NCBI GenBank assembly: GCA_004431415.1 | Contig: QPMI01000163.1 | Coordinates: 62,001-126,000 of the forward strand | DNA: 64,000 nt | Direction: 5' to 3' | DNA from: Cyanophora paradoxa CCMP329 | Lineage: Eukaryota > Plantae > Glaucophyta | Shown here: positions 1-12,700 of the stretch, in pieces | Position numbering within the stretch: position 1 is the first letter of the stretch | How the letters are laid out: each line of letters starts with the position of its first letter | Notes under the pieces: model-generated | Seen by the model: the letters and a program-made list of their open reading frames with translations, nothing else | Database searches by the model: none | What the model was told of the DNA's origin: nothing | Made by a program: the position numbers and the translations under genes

Positions 1-53
1 CGCTCAGCCGCTCGCAAAAGTGCATTCGTCTGGAACACCTTATCTCTCCGCAG

Positions 54-2552
54 GTTACGCGGCCGACCCGCCGGCGAGCTTCTATGACGACTCGCACAAC
101 CAGCACATGCAGAAGCAGGCGCCGGCGTTCGTGCAGCACAAGCAGGCGCCTGTGCAGCAGCAGGACCAGAGTGCGCCCGCGGCTGCCCGCCTGCGGCCAC
201 CGCTCTCGCGCGCGCTTGTTGGCGACTGCGGGCTCTGCGCGCTCCCTCGCGCTCGCTTCGCTGCGCAGATGTGATCAAGCCTACGCCGATCGTGCCGACC
301 GTGCAGCGTACGTCGCCCAGCGGCTCTGCCTCTCCTGAGCCGTGGCCAAAGGCTGACACGAGCGGCTCGTGCGCAGCCCCCCCGCCCACGGCGACGCCCA
401 CAGCGACGCCCACGGCGACACCCACAGCGACGTCCACGGCGACGCCCACAGCGACGCCCACGGCGACGCCCACAGCGACGCCCACAGAAACTGCCATCCG
501 TTCGTTTATTTCTTCGGATGCCTGTCCACTGCTTGCGGTCGACAAGCCGCCAATAATCCGATCCACTGCAGCAACTGAGACCCCAACGGAGACCCCCACC
601 GCGACCGCGACGCCGACAGCGACTGCCACGGCGACTGCCACTCGTGCGGCCTTGCGCCCTCGCTTCGCCCTGATTGCGAGGGCTTGGAGGCTGACTGGCG
701 GGTCCGCCGCAGCAACTGAGACCGCCACCGCGACCGCGACGCCCACGGCGACTGCCACGGCGACCGCCACTCGTGCGGCCTTGCGCCCTCGCCTCGCCCT
801 GATTGCGAGGGCTTGGAGGCTGACTGGCGGGTCCGCCGCAGCAACTGAGACCGCCACCGCGACCGCGACGCCGACAGCGACTGCCACGGCGACCGCCACT
901 CGTGCGGCCTTGCGCCCTCGCCTCGCCCTGATTGCGAGGGCTTGGAGGCTGACTGGCGGGTCCGCCGCAGCAACTGAGACCGCGACGCCGACGGCGACCG
1001 CCACGGCTACCGCCACTCGTGCGGCCTTGCGCCCTCGCCTCGCCCTGATTGCGAGGGCTTGGAGGCTGACTGGCGGGTCCGCCGCAGCAACTGAGACAGT
1101 CACTGCAACCGCGACGCCCACAGCGACTGCCACTGCGACTGCCACGCCCACGGCGACTGTCACCGTGACTGCCACGCCCACGGCGACTGTCACTGCGACT
1201 GCCACGTCCACGGCGACTGTCACTGCGACTGCCACGCCCACGGCGACTGCCACGGCGACTGCCACGCCCACGCGTACGGCGACTGCCACGGCGACGCCCA
1301 CAGCGACTGCCACGGCGACTGCCACGCCCACGCGTACGGCGACTGCCACGGCGACGCCCACGGCGACTGCCACTGCGACTGCCACGCCCACGCGTACGGC
1401 GACTGCCACGGCGACGCCCACCGCGACTGCCACTGCGACTGCCACGCCCACGCGTACGGCGACTGCCACGGCGACGCCCACCGCGACTGCCACTGCGACT
1501 GCCACGCCCACGCGTACGGCGACTGCCACGGCGACGCCCACCGCGACTGCCACGGCGACTGCCACGCCCACGCGTACGGCGACTGCCACGGCGACGCCCA
1601 CCGCGACTGCCACTGCGACTGCCACGCCCACGCGTACGGCGACTGCCACGGCGACGCCCACCGCGACTGCCACGGCGACTGCCACGCCCACGCGTACGGC
1701 GACTGCTACGGCGACGCCCACCGCGACTGCCACGGCGACTGCCACGCCCACGCGTACGGCGACTGCCACGGCGACGCCCACCGCGACTGCCACGGCGACT
1801 GCCACGCCCACGCGTACGGCGACTGCTACGGCGACGCCCACCGCGACTGCCACGGCGACTGCCACGCCCACGCGTACGGCGACTGCCACGGCGACGCCCA
1901 CCGCGACTGCCACGGCGACTGCCACGCCCACGCGTACGGCGACTGCCACGGCGACGCCCACCGCGACTGCCACTGCGACTGCCACGCCCACGCGTACGGC
2001 GACTGCCACGGCGACGCCCACAGCGACTGCTACCGCCACTGCAACGCCCACGGCGACTGCCACGGCTACCGCCACTCGTGCGGCCTTGCGCCCTCGCCTC
2101 GCCCTGATTGCGAGGGCTTGGAGGCTGACTGGCGGGTCCGTCGCAGCAACTGAGACCGCCACCGCGACCGTGACGCCGACGGCGACTGCCACGGCGACTG
2201 CAACGGCGACTGCCACTCGTGCGTCCTTTCATTTGCGGCCTCGCTCCACTAGTACCCGGCCACTTTTGGGCGCCGCTTAAATTTGCCCGACTAGGCTATA
2301 TATAGCTAGCTAGCGCTGTAGGCCTAGCTATATAGAGATAGAAGAAAATCCTTCCAAGCTTAAGGCGGCCTAGGCCACTGGCCAGATGTAACTCACGAGC
2401 GAGCAGCTCATGGTGACAACGATCACAATGGCAACGGCAACGGCGAGGAGGACTCGATGGAGCCGCTCCCGCCCACCACTACCGGCGACAGCAACACTGC
2501 CGTCTTCCGCCGCATGCGCCTCCGCGCCAAGCTCGCCGCCCACAAGCTTTAA
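54..2552 (+). CDS. 5'-truncated, multi-exon Thr/Ala/Pro-rich (mucin/extensin-like) repeat protein
   Basis: Acceptor at 53. GT-AG introns 171-268, 308-376, 500-571, 644-712, 773-841, 902-970, 1019-1087, 2078-2146 and 2219-2406 are all phase 1 and join into ...QNVIKPTP...(TATP)n...PHGDNDHNGNG...RAKLAAHKL*, TAA at 2550-2552. Confidence 0.7.
644..2146 (+). repeat. Five near-identical 69-nt GT-AG introns (644-712, 773-841, 902-970, 1019-1087, 2078-2146)
   Basis: Each reads gtgcggccttgcgccctcgc...ggctgactggcgggtccgycgcag, with a CTGAC branch-like motif. Removal gives ACT C|CA ACT GAG (T-P-T-E) every time. Confidence 0.85.
1261..2040 (+). repeat. Coding minisatellite, 13 x 60 bp (ATPTRTATATATPTATATAT)
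   Basis: Thirteen consecutive 60-nt lines are nearly identical. Confidence 0.95.
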
Positions 2553-3727
2553 GGCCTAGGACTCATGATCATGATCATGATCTGGTCCGATCCGCGCGAC
2601 CCCGGCCCGCATCATCATCGGGCTCCCGCACGCATACGACGTCGATGTACACGCATACGCATTCCAGCAGCTTTCCGCAGTTAGTCTAGCTGTATAGCTT
2701 CCATGCAAATTTGTTTTCAGGTTTTAACTTGCCGTGCAAGACGTTGTTGTGGGCATGTGCATGTTTCATTGCAATCAAACCATCATCATGATCATCTATG
2801 CATGCATACTATAGCTATGATATGGCCTAGTGGCCCACTGGGCCCGGGGCCAGTGGCGCCGCGGGGCCCGGGGGAGCTCACTGAGTCAGCGGCTCAGCGG
2901 CTGATCATGATCATGACGAGTTCGAGGTGCCGCGGTGCAAGTGCTCCGAGCTCGACGTCGACGCTAGCCCCGCGCTTCAGGTGACCAGCGGCCGCGGGGC
3001 CCTACGAGGCTCAGGCTCCAAGGCTCATACATATGACTCAGTGATCAGCCCGGCGGCCCGGCGGCCCGCGATGACTCAGTAGTGAGTCAGGCGCCGGCGG
3101 GGACCGGCCCCGGGAGCCGCTGCCCGGCCGGGCCCGGCTGAGCTGCGGAACCGCAGTACGGTACTAGTTCGACGACCGTCGGGCGGTCAGCCTTGTGAAC
3201 GGTCAGCCGGTTTGAAAGCCACTAAGTTTCAAATTAAAAGATTGAGTTTTGATACTGTGCAAGCCTTATGTTACTAAGTTACATCAATTTGATAAATCTA
3301 TAGCTAGTACTATAGCTAGCATCACGGGGATCCGATGTTCTGACACTGGAATTTCCGAAGTTCTGAAAACGAGCTGTCATTGTATCCTCTCAGCGATATC
3401 AACAATGTGGCACGGGCACTAATCAATAAACCAGGCTCGGCCTCGCAAAAAAAAGCAAACGCGAATAAACGTATTGAACAGACTCCGAAAATGCGGCATA
3501 TGAACCCGAAGGCTGAAAATTGATTCGAATGTCCGCAGCTACGGAGCGCAAAGCGAGCCTCGAAGGTCCGGTTAACGGTAGGCCGCAAGCGGAACGCGGG
3601 GCAGAAGCTGAAGCCTTAGAGCAAAATTCTGTCAGGGATTGGAGGACCTCGTCGGAGGGCGCTCGCGCAGGGCGGCGCTGGGCGCGGGGAGGAAGGGCGA
3701 CGAGGGGAGGGCCCGGGGGCGGGGCGC

Positions 3728-6487
3728 CTACGTGACGCGCCCCGGGGGCCCCGCGCTGAAGGCCGACGGGCCCGGCCCGGGGGCGGCGCCGGGGGCGGGC
3801 CGCGGGGGCCAGCAGAGCGGGCCGTAGAGTGCAGCCGCACCGAGCGGCGCCGGCGCGGGCCCGGCGCCGGGCGGCCAGCGCGCGCCACCGGCTCGCGCGA
3901 GGGGTACGGGGCGAATGTGACGGGTGGGGCCCGCTGGAGGGGGAGGGGGCAAGACGGCGCGGGAGCGAGGGCAACGACCGGCGGAGGGGCTGGTGGCGGG
4001 GGCATCGCTGTGGGAAGGGCCCTGGGGCCGCTGCCGGGGCCGGCGGGGGCGGCGCGGGGCGGGGCGGGACGGGTGCTGGGCAGGGGCAGGAGGCCGCTGC
4101 TGCTGAGGGCGACGAGTCGGGCGACCTGCGGGCGGTCAGGCCGGCCGCAGCGGCGCGCGGCGGGGCGGGGCAGAGCGGCGAGGGCGGACCTGCGCGCAGA
4201 GCGCGGGGCTCGAGGCGAGCAGCTGCTGCAGCTGGCCCACCGCCCCGGGCGGGAGCCCCGGGAGGGCATCACCGCGGCCGGCGGCGCGGGGAGGGGGCCG
4301 GCGGGCGCCCCGGGCGGCGGCTGCGGCAGGAGGGCCCCCTGCACGGCGTTCGCCAGCAGCGCGGAGGCGTCCGTCGGCGCCGGGCGCGGGGCGGCGCCGC
4401 CGGGAAGGGCGCGAAGGCCGCGGCGTGCGGGGCGGGGCGGCTGGGCGGTGGCTCCCGGGGCCCCGCTCGGGGCGGGAAGGGGGCGGAGGGCCCGGGAAGG
4501 CAGGGAGGGGAAGGGCATGGAAGGGGCCCCGGGGCAGGCGCCCTCGAAGGCGGGGCGGGGGCGGGGGCGGGAGCGGGCGGGGGAGGCCTGGGGCGGGGGC
4601 CCGGCGGGGCGGCGGGTGCGGGAGGGGCTGGAGGTTGAGGGCGAGCCCCTGGCGCACGGGGAGCCGCGCCGGCAGCGCCGCGGGGAGCGGCATGCCGGCC
4701 GCCCGCGCCGCCCCGAGCCCGGCGGCCGCCCATCAGCGGCGCCTGGTACGCGAACTGGGGCGCCTGCGGCGGGCCGGGACCGGGCAGTAGCGCGCGGGAT
4801 GGAACCCCGGCGCCGGCCCTGGCGCGGCCGCTGGCCGCATGCCTGCGGCTGCGGTGGGGCGTGAGGCAGGCTGGCCCCTCGCGGGGGCGCGGGGCCGGCG
4901 GGGCGCACCCGAGGCGGGGGGCGTCGGCAGGATGCCGGAGAGGCCGGCGGCGGCCGGCGGGAGGGGCATCGGGGGCGGCTGGGGCCGGGCCGGCCCTCGC
5001 CGCGGGGCGGGCCGGGCAGGCGGCCTGCGCGCTGGGGGAGGGCGTGGAGTGGGGCGAGCCCGAGGAGGGCGAGGAGGCCGTCCCCGAGGGCCCCGCCGGC
5101 GAGTGCCCGCCCCGCGGCCCCTCCCCCGGCCCCTCGCCCCCGTCGACGAGAAGAGGGGGATCGAGGACCAGCTGTTCCCACCCTGCGCCCCCGCCCTGCG
5201 TCAGCGCCACGCCACGCGACGCGCAGCGCGGGCGGCATTTTTTTTTGGGGGGGGGGGGGGGGGTGGGTGGGCGGCGCGCCCGTTGGGGACGAGGATGCTG
5301 GAGGGGAGGGCCGCGGGGTCGCCGCCGGGGCGCCCGAGGTGCGCCGCCGCTGCCGGCGGCGCCGCGGGCGGCCGCGGGAGCCCCGGGAGCCCGAGACGTC
5401 GGAGGAGGAGGGCGGGAGGGCGCGGGTGGCCCCGCCCCTCCCCGCCCGGCGTCCGCGGGGCCGCCAGGGGCCCAGCTGCGGCGTCCCCGGCACGAGCAGC
5501 GCGTCGGCGTCGAAGGGCGTCGGCCCGTCCCCTCCCCTCCATCCCCGCGCCCGCCCTTCAGCAGCTCCGCCCGCGCCCGCGCCGCCGCCGCCGCCGCCGC
5601 CCCGGCCGCCGGCCCCTCTCGCAGGCTCGTCAGGAGCGGCGGCACGGGGAGGTCCGCGGGGCAGGCGGCGCCCTGCTGAGCGAGCTCGCCCGGGTGGCCG
5701 GCCGCGAGGGCCCCGCCCTGCGCATGCGCGCCGGCCTGCTCGGATGCGGGGGCGGGGCGGGGCGGGGCGGGGCGGTGCGGCGCACGGGGAACTGGAACTC
5801 GAGCTGCTGGGACTGGGTGAGGGAGTGGGTGAGGAAGTGGGGCCCCCGAAAGAGGCCGTCCTCGTGGCCGCGGCGGCCCCACTCGCCCTCGCCCTCGCCC
5901 TCGCCCTCGCCCTCGAGGAAGCCCTCGACGTCCCCGAAGCTCGCCTCCATGAACCCCGCTGCGAGCGCCAGCGCCCCCGCCCCACATCACCCGCCCGTCC
6001 CCCCTCGCCCCGCGCCACCGCTGCTGCACGCACCGAAGGCATCCGCGCCGTCCGCGAGGAAGCCGCCTCCCCAGAAGCCCTTGCCGGGCTCCTCGTTCAG
6101 GGGCCCGAGCAGGTTGAGCGCCGCCCCCGTTGGGAGCGGAAGCGCGAAGGCCGAGCACGGAGACTGCACGAGGGACATCCCGGGGGACCCGCTGAACGCC
6201 CCGCCAGTCTCCGACGAACCCGACGTGCTGGCGGTGGCGTGTGGCACAGCACTGTAGGTCGGGCTGCACAGCGTCGAAGAGCTCGAAACGGAGCGGGTCG
6301 TCGACATACAAGACGGTCGTTCGCTCCCTGCCCGCCCCGCCGAGGATTCTGTGTCCATGTCCATTCCGCCGAGCCCGGTCTCCTCATTCTTGGGCTCTGG
6401 CTCGGTGACGGGCGCCAGCCCAGCATCTCCAGCGCCGCGGCGATTATAAGGTCGCTTCCTACGTCTACGGGAACTGTGCTCCAGCAT
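3728..6487 (-). CDS. Hypothetical low-complexity multi-exon protein; boundaries uncertain
   Basis: Plausible first exon MLEHSSRRRRKRPY... (5987-6487) and further protein-like minus-strand segments separated by intron-like GC tracts. No recognisable domain. Confidence 0.4.
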
Positions 6488-6915
6488 CGTATCTCTCAGG
6501 ACTGGGCCGCTCGGGCCCTACATCGATGTCCGCGCCAGCGTGGAACTGCTGGGTCGCTGCCTACGCTCTGATAACCACGTACTGCTCAAGTCCAGGGCGG
6601 GGGATAGCCGATGACCATCGGACCGGCGAAAGCTTCGAAGAGGCGGTCACAAGCGTACGCGATCTTCGACAGGGACGCTGTACTTGCTGCACTGAGGTTC
6701 ACTCGCTGTGCGGTCGCTGCCCTTCGCTGCCCTTGTCCTCGGTCGGTCGGTGTGGTGAAGCACGTGGTTTGTTTTTTTCCCAGATCCTGTGGGAAGTACC
6801 CCTTCGCAGGCCTTCTTGACCCGTATCCCCCTGTTCAAAAACGACGTCAAAACGCGGAATTCAAAAACGAGAGCAGCCGAATCGAACGTCGGAGCAACCG
6901 AACGTAAAAACGAGA

Positions 6916-7761
6916 ATGGCGGAGCAGCCGAACGTCTTCCTGAAGCGGCACAAAGAGAAGGAAGAAATGAACCAGTATTGGTATGGTTCGCGCCCTCCCC
7001 GGCTATGCAAACCGCGACCTGACGCGAGCCGCGCAGGTACTCGCCGAAGTCCATCGCCACGCTCGTCGAAGAGATCGAAGAGATCGCCGCCGAGCACGGC
7101 TGCGCCTTCGTCTCGACACCGTCGCTGTACTTCTCGCTCAAGTCCGCCGATGTGAAGGCCAAGTCCCGCGTGCTAGACGTGCGCGACCTCGCCGACCCAC
7201 TTCCCGTCGTTTGGGCGCACCCGGCCCAACCATGCACCACAGTGGGACCGGGAGTTCGCTGCGGATCCCGGCTATGTATTCTACGACTTCAACGAGCCAG
7301 AGGCAATCTGCGACGATTGCCGCGGCCGCTTTGACGCAGTTGTCATTGACCCGCCGTTCATTACTCGTGAAGGTCGCTGCGAGACGTGCCTCGTATGCGC
7401 TCGCCTTAACTGAGAAACCGCCAGTGTGGGAAAAGTACGCGAGGACCGCAAAGCTGCTCGTCCGGAAAGGCGGAAAGGTGCCAGAATTTCAGTTGACTTC
7501 GAACTGTATGCGCTGTACTTACACACCTTCCGGCCGCGCAGCTCATTCTGACGACAATTGCGGAAAACGCACCCATGATGAAAGAGTTGCTTGACGCGGA
7601 TCCATGCGCGTGGAAGCCCTCTATCCCGCATTTGGTCTACCAGTACAATGCGTACACGAACTACGCATCAAAGCGGCTCTCCGCCCCGAACCCCGAGGTG
7701 CTTGGGACAGCCGCGCCGCCGAGCGTGCCTCCCACCTACCGCCCTGCAGATCCCTGAGTAG
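6916..7761 (+). CDS. EEF1AKMT1: EEF1A lysine N-methyltransferase (N6AMT2/Efm5 family)
   Basis: Spliced product MAEQPNVFL...MNQYW|YSPKSI...AFVSTPSLY...VFYDFNEP...VVIDPPFITRE|VWEKYA...PSIPHLVYQY carries the family QYWYS, STPSLY, FYDFN and DPPF motifs. Five GT-AG introns. Confidence 0.85.
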
Positions 7762-8846
7762 ATGGTCCGTGCAAGCTGGAATCAGGCCCCTTCTCGCACT
7801 CACTCGAGTGGACCGAGGCCACGACCGGTTCGTGCCATCAGTTAAAGCACAGAATCGTGGCATCTTGCATGCACTCGCCCTGCCAGGTGCAAGGAAAGCT
7901 GAGATGTGGCTTCACTTTGCGTATAACAGGGCGTAGATCTCCCCAATTTTTCTTCTCCGCATTATCGTAGTTGCAGCTATAGCTTGGCTTCAGTCAGCTT
8001 CACTTATCTTCTACTAGTCGCTCAGACCTTGGTCTTTCCCATGCAAAAGCCTCACCCCCCCCCCCCCCCCCCCGCCTCACCCCCCCCCCTTTTTCTGCGC
8101 AGTCGGCGATCCTCGCTGGAGGCGCTCCAGTATGGCGCGGCCGGGCTGGAACGGCATTGGCTGGAGGGTCAGGCCAGCGACAGCGCCTCTGCCTTCGCGG
8201 CGGAGGCTTCGCCCCGCCCAGCCGGTGGAACTCCATCCGGCGCGTCCCTCGCCTCGCAGCTGCCTGACGGCGGAGTGACGTCCGAGTCGTTCGGACGCAT
8301 CCCTCGCCTGCCCGGCGGAGATCGCGAACGCAAGCGTTTGTTGCCGCCTCTTCGCTTCGGGCGTCCCGCTCTGCGCGCAGCTACAGGCACCGTCTTGCGC
8401 GGGCTGGCGGGGATGTAGGGCCCTGACCCCCGGCCTCGATGGTTCCCACCTCGGACAAAGCTCACGCAGCAAGTATGGCTTAGAGTAGCGCTAGCTATAG
8501 CTAGTCCTATACATCGCTTCTATTACTCGATCTAATCTATTCTATCTGGAATTGATCTCTTAATATCGCGTAAAGTGGTACGGGCTGCGCTTTTCAGGCT
8601 TGCATGTGCCAAGGCATTCTAGAAGCTAACTGGGCGGAGGTACGTATACCGGTGGATGCGCGCATGCTGCATGCATCATGGCATATGTGCCAAGGCATGC
8701 ATATGTTGCATGTGCCAAGGCATGTAAGCCTGCTCGAATCGCAATGCATATATATATGCTGCTCGAATTGCAATCCAAGCTATGTAGCTAACTGGGCGGA
8801 GGGAGATCCGGACGTCGGACGATCGCGATAACCGAGTCAAGACTTG

Positions 8847-9642
8847 CTATAAATGAGAGCCGGGGCCATCTGAGGGCGGTGCCGGATCCGGGGGTTCGCC
8901 TGAGGATTGCTGCGCACGGCGTTCTCTTCGTTGCCGCAAGCGCTCGCTGCGCCCGGACGTGAGTGAGCTCTGGCTGGGACCCCGGAGGGGCCGCGAGGGG
9001 TTGCGCAGCAGGGGCGCGCTCACCGGAGGATGCTCTCCTGGCGGGCGCGGAAGGCCTGGAGCTCGCGCGCCTTGGCCTCTGTGAGCTGCGCGAGCTCCCG
9101 TGCCTTCTCCCCTGTCAGCGCCGCCAGCTCCTGCGTCCGCTGCTCCCGCATCCGCCCTAGATCGCGCGCTTTCGCGGCCAGGAGCGCCCCGTGCCGTGTG
9201 CCAGCGCGTAGCCCAACCACAGCGCCGAGCGCGCCGGCCGCCGGAAGGACGAACTGCGACGGCACTTCAGCGCCGGCGACTCGCCGACGGAGCGGATTAG
9301 CCTAAGAGCACACGTAGAGGAGCTTCCCGGAGTCCTGTGCGCCTTTCCGCCTGTTCGCCTCCTGCAGCTGCTGCTCCTCGAGTTTCTGCGAAGAGTTCAT
9401 TCTGCGCGGCGCCCTTGAATCGGACCGCAAAGAGTTCATACATGCGAGATGGACACTAGCTGACGCTCGAGTTCATACATCTGTAGCGAAGCGGCTGCCC
9501 AGCCCGCCCACGCCGCACCGCCGCCGAGGAGTGTTCCAGCGACAGTCAAGAGAACTTTGTTCTCGTTCAGCGAACTCGAGACGTGCGCCGCATGCCGGCT
9601 GACACCGAGGAGCGCCGAGATAAGATTCGCGAGCCTGCTCAT
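8847..9642 (-). CDS. Hypothetical small membrane protein (two hydrophobic helices plus coiled coil)
   Basis: MSRLANLISALLG...LLTVAGTLLGGGAAWAGW...|KLEEQQLQ...LLY|FVLPAAGALGAVVGL...ARELQAFRARQESILR|ERLRQ...SHL*, with three GT-AG introns. Confidence 0.6.
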
Positions 9643-9738
9643 GAAGACGGCCGCGCGCGGCGTGCGAGGGCGCGGTGGCTCAGAGCGCCGTACCCCCAGT
9701 ACCGACAAAAAGTCGGCGACAACGTCGTTTGCGGCCCG

Positions 9739-12700
9739 ATGGGGTCGACTGCGTCGACATCGGCGGGAACGAATGACGGCGCATACGGTGCGAGAGCCGG
9801 CCCGCTCCCCGCCGAAGATCTGCGCCCCAATAGCTGGCCGCCGTAGCCCCGCACCCCTTTTCGCGCTGACGAAAGCTTCAGAGGAGCTCCTGGTGGGGGA
9901 CGTTGTCGTCGTACAGCGCGGCAGCAGCTCAAAGTGCAACACGGGGCTGTCTCGCGTGTCGCAGGTGAGCCTGTTTTCCGATGTACTAGCTAGCGATGTA
10001 GATGAAACTTGTGTATTAAGCTCTCTGACGCGGCCTCACAGGTCCTGAGGAACGGCCGGGTCGTCTTGGAGAATGATGAGGACGGCCAGAACTCCTTCTG
10101 CCCGTCCGAGGTCGTCTTGGTCCCATCTGAAGGTAAGTTTCCTCGGCGCCTTTGCTTCCGCGACCTCACACGGGCCGTCCAGCCGCGGCTACTCGTCGCC
10201 GGATTGCGGCATTAAGCGGCGCGTACGAAAGCGAGTGTGAGAGGCTCGACATCGCACCGCATCCGACTGTAAGGGAGATTCTTAACACTGCTGGCCAGCA
10301 AGCGCGGTGCACCTGGAGCCCCCCCTCCGCGCTATGTACTGACCGCCTCGACGCCGCAGCGCGCCGTCGAATATCGACTTGAGCCGCCAGCAGCTGGGGG
10401 ATAAAGATGCGATAGCGTTGAGCGTTGTGTTCAAGGACCTCACGCGACTGGAGTCGCTTGACCTCTCTTTCAACCACATCGGGTGCGGGAACCCTCTGGG
10501 CGCTCGCCCCCGGCGCCTACGTAACCGCGCGTTCCATTTTTTTCTTCACGCAGCGTCTTGGGGTGCAAGGAACTTGCGCGCTCGCTGGAGGGCTGCCAGG
10601 TTGACGTCCTCAACTTGTCCAACAACCTGCTCGAGAAGGAGGGTCCGTGCGACGAATGCAGCGCGGGCGCGCCTGCACCGATGCGCCGCGCCGCGCCGCG
10701 CCGTGCCGCGCAGGGCTGGCGGAGATCGCGCAGTGCGTGCGGTGCCGGGTGCTGGACGCGTCGGGGAACCGTGTGCGGGCGACGGAGGGCCTGGCGCCGC
10801 TGGCGCCCAGCCTCGAGGAGCTCCTCCTCGACGACAACCCCTTCACCTACCTCTCCGCTGACAGCTTCGGTGCGCCGCGCCGCGCCGCGCCATGCTGCGC
10901 CCCTGCCGCTCCTGCGCGGCGTGCGACGCGGCGGCAGGGGCGCTGGGGCGGCTGCGGGTGCTCTCGGCGTGCGCGACGGGCGTGAACAACCTGTGGACGA
11001 CGGTGGCCGCCCTGCAGCGTATGCCCGCCCTCCAAGAGCTCCGCCTCCAGCGGCCCCAGCCCCCGGCCCCGCCGCCCGCCCCCTCCTCCCCGCTCACCCC
11101 GGCGGCGGCGGCGGCACCCTCGGCGATCTCTTCGATGGTTCCGTCCGCGGACGCCGTGACTCCGCCGAACGGGGCGCCGTCGGACGCCGCCTCGTCGCCC
11201 GGGGCCGCCGGCGGCGGGCTCGCCGCCTCCTCGGACGAGAGCCCCGAGGGGGCGCCCGGGCCCTCCTCCTCCGCCCACTGGGGGCCCCCCTCGCCCCCGG
11301 CGGGGGAGGCGGCGGAGGGACCTTCTCCGGCGGGGGCGGGGGCGGGGTGGCCGGCGGCGGCCTCGTGGGAGGAGGAGCAGACGCCGCCGAACGCGGCGCC
11401 CGGGGAGGGCGGGGAGGCGGAGGAGGTCGACCTGGCGGCGGCCATGGCGATCGCGGCGGACGACGGCTCCGACGCCGAGCTCCCCGACGCCGACCTCGCC
11501 CTCGACGACCCCGCCCGGGCGCCCCGCCCGGCCCCGCCCCGGGCCCCGCCGCCCCCGCCCCGCCGGCTCCTCCGTGGGGCGGGGCGGGGGCCGGGCGGGG
11601 GCCGGGTGCACGCCGGTGTGCGGGCAGCCGCACTACCGGGAGTTCGTGCTGGCGGGGGTGCCCCAGCTCCGCCTCCTCGACGGGCGCGAGGCGGCCCCGG
11701 GCGAGCGCGAGGCCGCCGTGGAGGCCTACCGCGCCGCCTTCGAGCCCCTCGCCAACGGCCGCTCCTCCCGCCCCTCCCTCTTCCGCCTCGTCGCCCTCCG
11801 CGAGCTCGGCGCCCGCTCCCGCGACACCCGCCCCGCCCCGAGCCCCGTTCCCGCCCCGCACCAGCCCCCCGCCCTTCCGCCCTCGCCCCAGCCCCAGGAG
11901 CCGCCGGCGCCGCTGTCGGCGGCAGCGGTGGCGGAGGTGGGGGCGCTGCCGCTGGGGGCGGCGGCCTCGTCGCTGATGCCGCTGCCGCCGCTGGCGGGCT
12001 ACGAGGGGTCGGACGCGGGGAGCCCGTCCTCCGCCGGCAACTCCCCCTCCTGCTTCCCCGCCGCCGCCTGCTTCCGCCGCCTCCGCCACGCCGCCCTGCC
12101 CCCGGGCCGCCTCCCCCGCCCCGCCGTGCCCCACCTCGACCCGCCCCGGCCCCATCGCCATTCCCCGCCCTCGTTCCGCCCCCGCCCCCGCCCCGGAACC
12201 CCTCCCGGGGCCCTCCCCACCGGAGACGCCCGGCCCCGGGCCCTCGTCGCCTCCGCCGCCCCCGCGCCGGCCGGCCCGTCTGCGGCGGACCCGTGCCGAA
12301 CGAGGAGGTGGGGCCTCCTGGATGCGGCGGGGGAGGCGGGCGCGTGCACGCCGGCCGGCTTCCAGCGGAGCGCGTGCGCTGCGCTCCAGGGGAGCGCGTG
12401 GCGGCCGGCGGCGAGCCTGATGAGCCCGCCGGCCCGCTACCGGCCGCGTCAGTTCGAGTACCACCCCGCCATCCCCGAGTACATGGTGCGAGCGCCGCCC
12501 TCCCGCCCCGCCCCGCCGCCCGCCCCCGACGCAGGCGCGCGCGCCCCGCAGGTCTTCGGGACGCTGAGCGGGGACGTGGTCGTCGTGAACCACCACACGA
12601 GCCGCGTGATCGGGCAGGTGCGGCCGGCGGCGAGCCCGCCCCACTCCATCCTGGGCCTCTGCTGGTTCCACTCGGCCTCGTCGACGCGCTTCATCGCGGG

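Noticed and set aside
644-1087. Repeat-spacer pattern superficially like a CRISPR array
   Set aside because: The repeats are 69-nt introns, the 'spacers' are themselves similar exons, there are no cas genes and the context is eukaryotic.
82-2232. 716-aa antisense Arg/Gly/Ser 'protamine-like' ORF
   Set aside because: Mirror of the Thr/Ala/Pro repeat; splice signals support only the plus strand.
6647-6840. RVKKACEG and QRPCRR fragments suggesting a Zn2Cys6 cluster
   Set aside because: No splice path recovers six correctly spaced cysteines.
7984-8418. 144-aa ORF next to a poly-C tract
   Set aside because: No ATG context, domain or consistent exon structure.
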